DNA of 64,000 nucleotides, from the NCBI RefSeq assembly GCF_037042905.1, contig NC_087247.1:25048001-25112000 (forward strand). The letters are read 5' to 3'. The notes below the pieces were generated by a model, which saw only the letters and a program-made list of their open reading frames with translations, had not been told where the DNA came from and ran no database searches. The translations under genes were made by a program, and so were the position numbers. Each line of letters begins with the position of its first letter. The first letter of the stretch is position 1. Positions 11,184 to 23,100 of the stretch are shown in pieces. Origin of the DNA: Lytechinus pictus. Lineage: Eukaryota.

Positions 11184-14100
11184 CATATAAAGATGAAATT
11201 CATATAAAAAGTTTTTGTATAGATGAATGAATATAAAAATACAATGTAGTCTGGTAAAATTTTAGCTTGACCATTTTTTATTCATTTTTATTTGAGTAGA
11301 AAGTCATATATTTCCAATTTCTATCAAACTGAAGAAAAGTGATATTCAAGGTCCAAAGAATTACTGAAAAAAATACTTTTATCATATTTTATTTTCCAAA
11401 GGTATATTTGAAAGAGAATAAAGCTGAGCAGAACCACTGCTGTTTTTAATGCTTATAAGCTAGTTTTTCTTTTCATGCTCACATTCTTGAGAGCTAACAC
11501 AAGACAGAAGAACGATTCTCAATTAAACAGGATTGAACCAAACCAGAATGTCGGCCCTTCAAATCCGGGGCTAACAGGGGTGTGAAACTTAACCCTCTCT
11601 CACACCTTGCTCTCGTTATGAACTCATATTGAGAGTTCAGGAGAGATGGTAGTAAGAAAAAATATTATATAGAAGACAGAAAGAGACCAACACTTGTTTT
11701 GAAAGAAAGAATGAGACAGACTGACCAAGAAAAAGTAATAAAATGATTCATCTAAAAAGGAGTGTTAGAAAGGTTCGTCTAGAATAATTTTGTCATAAAA
11801 ATTTGGGGAAAACATAATGTAATATTATATGAGTAGGATACAATACATAACACTTATCATTAAAAGCAATTTTAGTAATTTAAATGAGAACGGCGTACAT
11901 AATCAAGAAATAGACTGGAAAAGAATTAACAGCATTGACAGAAAGAAATACTTATAAGTCCTTTTCTCAATTCTGAAAGTCCCCCCCAAAAAAGATGTAG
12001 TAATCATAAGAGAATCAAATTTATAAGTAAGACATCACCAAAGGATGATGATGTAGAATTTGACTGGCAAAAGGATGAGGATGGATGTTTTCTCATTCAA
12101 AATATAAGAAATATTTTGACCTAGAAATGTGCTTCTATGTCTAGCTGAGCTCCTTTGCCTCTGCTTCTCATTTAGAATGGACTTAGTCTACAAGGAACAG
12201 ATGGCATGAGAGCAAATATAAGGTGGTGAGAGAGAGAAAGAGAGAGATAGGAGGAAATGGTTTGGATACAATCAAACCCTAATCAGAATGAAATGTTTCC
12301 GTTTATCAGTCTGGAAAGATATACTCTTCTCTAGGAGCCGATGTTCTTTATCATGCAGTTATACAGATCATTAAATGTATTATTAGATCCTGCAACTTTG
12401 AAATTCTAGTCTGAAAAGGCTTGAAAGAAACAATCTCAATGATACTTTTTCTGGTATTCTGTATTTAGCTATTGCATTGATTTATTACCTAAATATCTAG
12501 GTCATGAATAATGTACATTACAAAACTGAAAATAAGAACTATATATTTTCTTATGTACATACACTATTATGTTAAAATAGAGAATGGTTTATCATATTCT
12601 TTATACACAAACACTACAAAAATCTTTACTGGTGTCAAATGAAAGCAAATCGCTCTGAAAAAACTGCTTTAATCTAGTTACTCCAAAGCTATCTACAAAA
12701 TTACATCACTCTTATTGAATTTTGCCTTCATTTATATATCTATCATAGTTATCTCATCGTGAAACTTTGGACTGAGACTCCATATTAATTTTTATTCTTA
12801 CATTCAGACAATAGAAAAATCTTAATTATCAAAACAAACTAAATGAAAGAAAAAACAATGGCTTTGCTTCAAGGAAATACAGTACATTGCCATAACAGTC
12901 TGCCAACATGCAATCATAAAATCTTCCCCCGGAGACCACTGCCTCATCCAAATCTCAAAATGTTTTTCATTTGGAATTTCCGCTCTGTACCCCCCCATCA
13001 GAGCGAATGGTTTAGAATGAGTCAGTCTAACCCTCGCCCTTCTCCCGTCCCAAACCAGACATTATTTCACGCACCATTAGTGCACCTCGACCGACGCACC
13101 TGGGATGCGGGATGAGAAAATGAGCATCTCCCGCATCATCATCTTCCAGAACCCATCCATTCTGGGATTAGCATGCACTTTTTGGTAGCGGTAAGGGGTG
13201 TTATCGTTAGAAGACAGATTGATGTAGCTGCTAGACAGTGTATTGGAATCCTTTTAACTTTATCCTACCTAGATAACTGTTTGCTCTCTATCATCTTTGA
13301 TGCCTTATTCTATATCTCCATATACGCCCTCTTCATCTCCTCCTCCATATTTCTCCTAAATCCCTTACAAATACAGAATAATAAACTCCCAGACAGTTAA
13401 ATGTGTGCCCTTTCCTTGTCTAAAATTATTCTATATTCCACCTCACAAGGCAGTGGTAGTATATTCCCTCCCTCTTTGTCTCCTTTCTCACTTCAACTAT
13501 CTATCCATCTTTGTTTTCTATCGCACCATCTGTCTATCCTTTCCTCGGTCTATGATTGGAGACTGTATTTCTCACCTCTGATAAATTGGATTATATTTTA
13601 CTAGAATTCATCATGGACACACTGCTTTGTGTAGCGAGTTACATTTCCACGGTGGCAATGATGTGCATCTCTTCAATATGATTTTCTCTCATCTCATCTT
13701 TGGGGAATCAGTCAAGTCTGTGCCCAAACACCTTGACCTAACGTTATGCCAGTAAATGAATATTGAAGTTTCCTTATCTTTCTCTTGGGAAATATTTCCA
13801 TTCTTGTTGTTCGATCTGTTTTCAATAGGTAGCGAAATGATTGCAATTCAGAAGATATTTCTCTTACAAACAGATAATACAGCTATACAGGAATAAAGGA
13901 TACAAATAACATTGTGTAGAGCTACCCCTCTATCTCCTGTCTTGACCATTTTGTCTTACCACTATTGTGAATTAAGTTATTTGTTTGTGAAAAAAATGAA
14001 CCCAATACAGTATAATAATAAAGGAAACAGAAAAACATAAGGAATAATCAAAAGTAAACTCAATAGTTTTACATCAACATTCAAGAAAAATATAAAGGAT

Positions 14101-17100
14101 AGGATTTAAGGGGTAGACGAAATAAAAGGAAATAGAATACAGTACAGCAAATATGCACTTTGATATGCCCAGAATGAAGATGGATACTTATTTTATTTGT
14201 GTAGAAGTAAGAAGATGGGACTTGAGAAGAAAAAGAAGATGTAAACTGCCATGTCCAGTAAAAGATGGCATTCATCTTGGTTTTATCCTACAAATGAAAG
14301 GGACCTTGTCCTTTTTTTCTGTATTATACTGCACTGTATCCCGAGGTACACCCCCTTCATCAAAACACACAAAATTGGCTATATACTTCAATTTGTAGCT
14401 TACTGAGCACAATTTGTTGTTTTGGATGGACACAAACACTTCTTTTCATTCAATCAAAATAGAGTAAAAGAACACCATGGTAGTCATGAAGCGTCTTAAA
14501 CACAGTATCTGGATATAGCCATATGAGTGAAAATGCCTGTAATGGTCTTAACATTCATGTCACATGCATAAACCCACACAGCATGTAGCGGCTTAATGTA
14601 TCTCACGCCTGGTGACAAATTGGAGAGCGACAATGGACTGCTTTCACTGCCTTGGAAATGGAATCATGGGATCTTTTCCGAGGGATGCGGATGGCGGATA
14701 TATGAAATCGATGGGAAAGAGATAAAGCACCAGGTTTTACACCTGAGCTCATAATATACATCAGAAATATTCCACGCAAATCTAGCCTGATTAATATTGC
14801 CTGGGATACAGGTTAGCATACCTAGGTGAAAGCAGCTAGGGATTAAGACTTGATTGGAATACCTCACATGCAGTCTCCTTTTCTACAAATTTACATCATA
14901 TTCAATCATTTGAAGTAATTTGAGAGTGACTCTTACCTTCTTTTTGCTGATTTTCAATGTCCTGAGTGGATCACACTTGTGCATCTGAGGAAAGAGGAAA
15001 TGAAACAGAGGAAATATCATTAACTAATTCTGATCCATAATCTATATCATAATTCATAATTATAATCCATTCAACATAGAATGATTTATCATAAATGATA
15101 AAATAGCATTTAACCTAGAGCAGAAGTCAAAAAATAGAAAGGAGAAAGGTTGAAAAAGATAAAAGAAGAGGAAAAAAGAAGAAGGACAGAGAAATTGAGA
15201 TGCAGAGGGGTAGCAGATAGAGAAAGAGAGAGTGGGAGAAGGGCCAAGAGAAAGAGTGAGGAGAGAGAGAGGACAAAGAAAAAGAAAGTAAGAGATTTGA
15301 AAGTGAGTCAGAATAGTGTTTAACATTCACAAATTAAATTGATTCCCATGTTTTCAACATCAACCTCCCATTCCTCGACATGCCAACATCCTACAGCATG
15401 AATCATGATACAGTTGTTTTTCTCAATTTTCAAACGAAATTAAAGGTGCAGATTTTCACCAAAACAGCACAATGATACATCATGGGGTGACTTCGCTAAA
15501 GGTAAAAGAGTAAGAAGCAATATGACAAGATACACATGCTAATTGTAAAATGAAAATAAACATATAATGAGGTCTTATAAGGCATAATCTAGTCACTAAA
15601 AATCGATAAAACTATTTTATTTTCTTACTGTGGGAAAATTAACAATTGATTTCAATCAGCACTTTAAACCCGATTTTTCTTGAGAGCAAGTAGAGGAAGT
15701 TTACTGGTAGAATGACTCACATGTCATCGTTTCTGGGTCTTTGACTACCAAACTTTCCTAAAAACAACTATTGCCTTAAATGCCCCTGCCACTGGGAAAA
15801 AACAAAGTCATCATAAACCAATTGATGGCGATGATTTGAAATAAATACTGACATTTTTATAGTATTGTCTGGGTTTTGGACCTCTATGACTGACAATGTT
15901 TGGACATAATTCTTAAAAATATTTATCTATTCATTTCAAGCACTTGTTGCATGTGTTTATCTCAAGCAGAAATTAAATGAAAAATAAATTCCTTCTTAAA
16001 TGATTTGATTTTCACCCACAGGTATTTAAAGGTTATTTTTCTTGCAAAAGAAGTGTCATTTGAGGTCTAGTTTTGGAGTGTTACAAAACCAACTGATTCA
16101 TCTCATTTATTCAAACAATACCCCCTCCCCTAAAGAAATGGGATTAAATAATAGAATGAAATTTCACCTCAATTGTCTTAATCATTAAATGTTACACCAA
16201 TAGCGAAATTCAAAATTAATTCATAAATCAGTTACTATTTTGCTCAAAATATCACTCATCTAATCATTCATCTTGAAGTCTTGACCCATACTTTTGGGTG
16301 GATATAACACTTGGTAAACAATACAAAGAAATTGAAAGGGGCGAGAGCACAATCTTTTCAGAAAGAGAACTATATGCTTGAGAACTAGTAGTGATTTGAG
16401 GTTCTATATAGGGAAGGGGTTAGTAACCTCCAGCCCTCTCTACAATGCATCCATATAAAGGTATATGGTGAGTGGGCAAAGATGAACATAGGTTGACCTT
16501 TGATGACCTCAATCAAGACAGTTTGTCACCAGATCACATCTTCTAACATCGTTTTGAAGAGTGACATACTGATTGGTTACACTGCCCACAGGATTGCTCA
16601 CATCAAAACCATTAAGATTCAGGAGTTTGACAGACAAGCAGATGCCATCAAGATTCTTAAAATTAAGATACAATATTTACCATTTCTTACTGCAGGTGGG
16701 AGTTTTCCTCCTCTCATGTCACAAATACCCGCCAATGAAAAGAACAATTCTTTAAGCTATCGAAAGGTGCATCGATGCTCATCTGTTTTGGCCCAGAGGA
16801 GGCGCTTTGAAATACGCTTAGTTCAAAAGAATATCTCACTAAGAAATGCATCTCTATGATGTTTCTATTGGCAGTAAATGAGTGCCACCTGCAAGTACAA
16901 TTTGGGCCGACTCAATTTCTAGCCTTGGTAGACAGGTTTCCTCATCAAGAAAGTAAAAGATAAGCATAAACAGTCATTCCCATAAATTACTTATGTTATT
17001 TGTGATTACCATATGCATTTCAAAATGCTTCTTCTGCTCTTAAAGAGTAAACAAGAATTCAACACATCCTTACAGAATGGGTAGTTTCATATTGCTCTTC

Positions 17101-20100
17101 CCTTTAGGAAGAACCGCTATAAATAAATAATGGAAGAATCTGATAAAACTCTTGAAAGAAGTGAGAGGACTGTACTATTACTACTGCGGGGAGGTTTTAT
17201 GTTGACACTTACAGGCGTAACACAGAGCTCTTCAACAATGCAAGCATTGTCCAAGCCATCAAGGTTAACTAGCTTCTTGATCTTCCCATCCTCTGAAAAA
17301 AGAGAGAAAATACAGACTGGTGTGAGAAAAAAAGTTTGCAAAGTTAGGAGGAAAAAGCAAAACCAAACAAAAATACACTTTACTTTGTTTGTATATTTCC
17401 AATAGCACTAAATATATTTTTCAGCCAAAACTTCAAAAACTGCAGGCTTGAGAATATTTACCCTAATAAAAAAGGTTTTCAACCTTTACCAGTTTAGATT
17501 GAAACATGAGAAATGTCGTTTTCCAAGGAATCAACATTCTTATATTTACCATGGCACAGTTTAATTCCAAGAACTTTGTATGTACAATTGTTGTCTTTCT
17601 TCTGGAAAAACCCATTTGAGTGTATGATTTGGCAGATGTGTATATTTGGGACATTTCCAATAAAAACATTTTATCAGTTAGGACACAACTCAACTGTGTG
17701 GGTCTGAACAACAACTAAAATGAACATTATTCCAAGGGTTGGGAGTTCTTACCAGTTCCAACGAAGATGACATTGTAGACCTTATCCCTTCCCTGCACAG
17801 TATCCACGACAATCCTATCCAATCTGAAAAGAAATGAGAGAACATCTTTACTTCTATTGTATCTATTAAAGGAAGTTACATAAATGTAATAAGGACATTG
17901 CTAGAATTTGATAAAAAGAATTACTCCCACAATAATTTCCTCTCTTGTTGTGCAGTCATCCTCCTTTCTAACAAGAGCAGCCCATCTTCATCATGGTTAG
18001 ATAACAGAAAGTATAAATGACAATAGTTGGGCTGTGCTTTACAAATGTGAAGTAAATTCAAATACATGAGAAATACCTGTGAAAATCTTAAAGTAAATTT
18101 TCATGTGGAGAAACATTATGGAAAATTAAGTTCACAGACTACAGTATAAAAAAGTTCTCACATTGTTTTCTCAAATGTTTTGTGCTCAATTATCACAGCA
18201 AACCAATGTTTCTCCGAATAAAAAACATAGTCGAAAGATTAAGGTGAAGTATACTTGATCAGTTCTGATTATCATATGATTGCCAAGGAGCACAAGTAAT
18301 TTTAGGATCTGAATTCCCTTTCTTAAATTGTATTACTAGTAAAAAAAAAGACAATTTTCTGTCTCCTGAAACATGGTAGAAATGGTATGATCAGGATTAC
18401 ATTTTAGAGAGGTTATCTGTGTGAGATTCATAACAGGAAGAGACGGTTCACTGAGAGGACAAGACTTGCAGCATAATTCAGGGGGATGGAGAAATGAAAC
18501 AAGCCAGTAACTTTGAGATTTTCAGGTGATGATAACATTCCACTGCAAGAAACAAGTGTTGATGTAAACTGAGAAGTCTAGAACTCTTTAACACGATAGA
18601 AAATTTAAACTTGACTTTCTTTGGTGGGAATCTGTGACTTCACAACACTAGGAGTTAAAGTAAAGAGAATTAAAAATAAGGAGAGCATCACATCTTCAAA
18701 TTTGTACACTCCATAAAGTTGAATATCAGAACAATATTTAGTTAATTTTGATACCAGAAACAAATAAGCTTACAACAGATACAGGGAAACATTTTGACAG
18801 CTAGCTTTTTAGATGTCACATCACTACTTCAGACAAGCCTTTCCTTATTGAAACTAATTATGGAGCCTAAGTGGATTGAGTTGAGAGTTTAGACTCAGGA
18901 GCAACCTCTGGGAAAAGCAAAATCAAAAGTCTGAAATGTGTAGTTCTGGTCAAGATTTGTACAGTCATGAGGTTGCATTCGATTAGTGTAGACTTAAACC
19001 CCCCATGTTGTTTCAATTTGAATTGTAATAGAAAAGGCCACACAATATTAGCATCCATATTTCATCAGGAACACAAAACCTCTTTCAGCAAGTTGAAAAT
19101 CCAACAAAAAAAGGTTTGAAATAAAATGAAATTGAATATAAAACTGCTGCCCCAATCAATAAAAGAGAAGGAGAAAGAGAATAAATAAATTAAAAACGTG
19201 TATTCCTAGATATTTCTTTTATTTTTTCATATAGCGTTTTCACGAGTTCACTCCAGGTCAGTGTCACGTTCTTCAATTCCTCAATTGATTCTAAAAACAT
19301 TGTTGGGAAATGTAGAGACAAAACAAAAACACAAAGTTCCCACCTTAAACTTGGTCACTAATGTCTGTTTTTACAACAGACTGCTTCAAGAAAGTGGAAC
19401 GCTTAACAAAGCGTGAAACAATTTGCAACAGGGGTGAAATGCGATATGTCAAAATCTGAAGACTTTTCAGGGGAATGAAATATGAATGCTATATCATTCT
19501 TAACTGCTTCCAGGTGCACGGGCAAGTTATGAACTACTTTCTCGCTCTCTCTTTTTTTTTGGGGGGGGGGGTGCTGTGGTATTGCCCCCACTCAAAATTC
19601 TCTGGGGCAGTGTGGGTTGGATATTTGGTTAGGGTGGTTAAAGGAGACGAAACTTTAAGAAAAACAGGTGATGGATTTCATGTACAATGCAGTATGAGAG
19701 TAGTAGATAGAAATTGAGTGTGTGGGTTGGATGGCATATGGCCACAGAAGTTGGGTTTAGCAAAAATATATGGTAAAAACTAAATCTGAAACAGGTGGAT
19801 ATGTGCCCTTCATGTTTTCACCCCAGTTAAGGGAAGGGCACATATATCAATACTTTGGAATGATCATCTAGAGACTTCTAATTTTAGCAATAGCTATCAT
19901 TAATAGAGACTACAACTGTAATATAACTCTGATATGAGTGGGAAAATTTGAATGATCTTTGGAGACACATCAATCACAAACACGGGTCAAACTTCTAAGA
20001 CCAGGCGAATAAAGAGATGAAAATTTAAGACTTTCCAGATATGCTGTATTTTGTGGTCGTTCCACAATGCATAATACCAATAATATCATTTTAATAACTA

Positions 20101-23100
20101 AGAATACCACAATGGCAGAACAATGACTCATTCTTATACCATAGGGTGAAAGAAAAAAACAGATTCACTAAAACTTAATAGAGTTAGGGTTTGAGTTGTA
20201 GCACTCCCACACTTTCAAAACTAACAAAGTAACTTTCTGTTATAACATTTCACAGGTTTCTAACTAAAAAAAAAGCACATAAAAGAAAGCATCATTCATC
20301 AATGTGTGATGACTAATGGTTTAATGCGTGGGGCACAAGAGTCTGATTGGTATACAGGGGTGTGGTGGGGGGCTTGGTAGTAGGGGCTCAGTGGTTGGGT
20401 CAAAAGGTGTCATTTCTAGGGTGACAGGGTTCAAATGTCACACTGAGATGTTAAACTGGGTAAGTCATTTCAACAAAAGGGTATTTCAATTTTGGAATTC
20501 CTGTGAATTATAGCTAGTTTCCCAAAATAGATGTAAAATGGACAGAATTTTATTGTAAATGTAAATGATATTATTTGGTACAGAAATCGCACAGAATGTG
20601 AGTGGTCTACTATTTCAAATAATTTTTAAATGATGTAGCATTAATATTCTACCATTGTAAATAGGAATTCATATGAAAAGGGGTCAATGTTCATTCAGGA
20701 AACAAATATTATGTATTCTCTACAGTATGAATGAAAAAAAGAACTCTAAAATTTTTTCGATTTTGCCTTGGGATGTTACGATTTAAACATTTGCTGTTCC
20801 TTAAGAATCAACCATCTGTTTATCGAAAATAAGAAAGTGGAAAGAACTTGTCAATCATACCAGATTGAATATACTTAGAAATGGGAAATTTCCTTGAGAC
20901 TGGCAGGGTTTTCTTTTGTTGGATAACATTCTGCCTTTCTCTCCTTCCCTAAGAATCGACAGTGAGCTACACTGCTTGAGTCATTTTAAGAATAAGAACT
21001 TTTGTTGCCAAAAACAACATGCAAAGAGCGAGCATAAATATTCTTCTATATCTCTTCACAGTATGAATTTGCTAGTGCAGATCACTGGTGGTGGAAGTGT
21101 TTTAAGACCAAACACCTCCGACAGAGCTCCTCATTACTTGATGAAAGACCAGGAAGTTTTAGGATCCAGAAAAGAATATTGGTATAATATTTCATGGTAT
21201 TTTTGAAAGGATAAAGTCAAGAGAACAGTGTATGACAGGCTTTTCTGCTGTGTTGAATAGAGGGGGGCTTGTTACTGAATTCCGGAAAACTTTCCGTGTG
21301 TGAGGTGAAACTAATTGGAACATGGCCCCCACCATGTTAGGCATGTCATTGGATAATGAAATCTTCACCTGAATTTGAAAAGAAGCCAGGTTTTATCATG
21401 AGAATCTTAGCATGACATACAGATAGAATATCTTGATCATATACTCTTTTCCCCCCAATTGGATTCATGCATTACACGATTTAAATTGTAATCTGTCTAT
21501 GTATCATTTCAGAAAAAAAAAATTGTACCCAACTCTCTTTTGGTAAAATGAATTTCATCATTTAAATAAAAATATGTACTATGGACTGTTTGAAAGTTTT
21601 ATGATGTAACAACTAAAAGGAGGGGAAGTCCTTGTTTCCTCGTACTTCATAGTTTAAACAGCTACCTGCCAACTTGATATATTGTTGCAAACCTTCAATC
21701 CTTCTGCCGTATTGAAATGACATTTGAATATATAATATCCTAAAGCGATGTATGAATTTATGAAAGTTATGACTTTGGAACCATGAGGCGGATGTTTGGG
21801 CAGAGAAGATGGGGGTGTGTTTGAGGGTGGTTTACATTTCATTAAAACTAGTAAAACAGCCTGCAGGATTCTTGATAGGAAAAATAAAAGTGGGAGAGTG
21901 AGAGAGAGAATGAGGGAGAAAAGAGCAAAAAAAAGGGAAAGAGGGAGAGGAAGACAGACAGAAAGAAAGAAAAACAGAGAAAGACCAAAAGGAGAACGAA
22001 GGAGTCACCAAAAAACAATTATCATTAAAATGGTCCAAAGGTGATAAAGATGGTGTTGAGAGGATCATAAAACTACCATAGAGAAAATTGATAAAATATG
22101 GTAATTCAGAAAGGAAATGAAGAAACTTTTCTTCCATCAATGAATGGGCTAAGATGGCGGTTCTTGAAAAATACCTATAAACTTCCACCTTGTCAAGGTT
22201 GATCAGAACAAAGTTCCCCCAAAAATGTTCAAAAATAAAAAAGATTTTCTCAGAGGTAACATGATGCCTAATAGCTTCTAGTGTTTTGGAGATGGTATTA
22301 TTATTAGGTTAATTGGGAGAAAATCCAAACATTTCTTTAAGGAGTCTACAGCCCCTATTGAAACTGGATAGAAATTCATGTGTGGCTTGTCATATTCGAT
22401 TTCAGGCTAAATTTGGAGCTGTTTTCTTAGGAGTTGAAAACATCTGATGGGGCAGGCAACAAGTTTAATTGGGGTACAATGAGAAAAGGATAGGGTGAAC
22501 ATGAAGGGAAATCTCTCAAGAGTTCAAAACTTGTGAGGAACAAGTGAAATAAAAAGGATATTTAGTTTCAAAGATAACAGAGTTCTGTGAACTACACTAC
22601 AATTCACCTAGATATCATTTCATACCAAAGGCTCATCTTAAGTTATACATTAAATAGGCCTAAATGCATAGAATGATTCCAAAAAGATGTCCATGAGTTC
22701 CTTTTGAACATTATTGTAAATTTCACACCTGTTTCATTGAAAAAAAATGCCAGGTGTTATCTACAATTCAAGTAGGTAATCAATAGCAAAATTGAACTTG
22801 GAATGGAACTAACCATTACATACTACTTCATGGGTTGATCGTGTATTTCAAAGAGCATGTTGGTTTTACTCCAACTTTCCAATGAAGCAAATAATTGGAG
22901 CTGAACTGTAAATGCCCCCAAGATGAGACTAACCCTATGAAAACTATCAAAAAGAGGGATAAAATGAGACCAACCCACCCAATTGTGAAATCAATCCTGA
23001 GCAAACACCTGAAGAAAAATACTATCAAATTAAATTCTGTCAACTCTCATAAAAGCCATTCTTGACAAGAAATGAAATCATACGAGTTTCTTGCTCAAAT

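Noticed and set aside
17117-17212. Read-through of the 17213 donor giving a 31-aa tail and stop (truncated secreted Sema isoform)
   Set aside because: A strong GTAAGT donor and the next in-frame exon explain the region; the tail has no exon-like features, and the product would lack the end of the propeller.
19800-19810. TATGTGCCCTT in a hairpin arm resembles the start of vertebrate miR-455-5p as I recall it
   Set aside because: The match stops after 11 nt, the stem is too short for a pre-miRNA, and that family is vertebrate.
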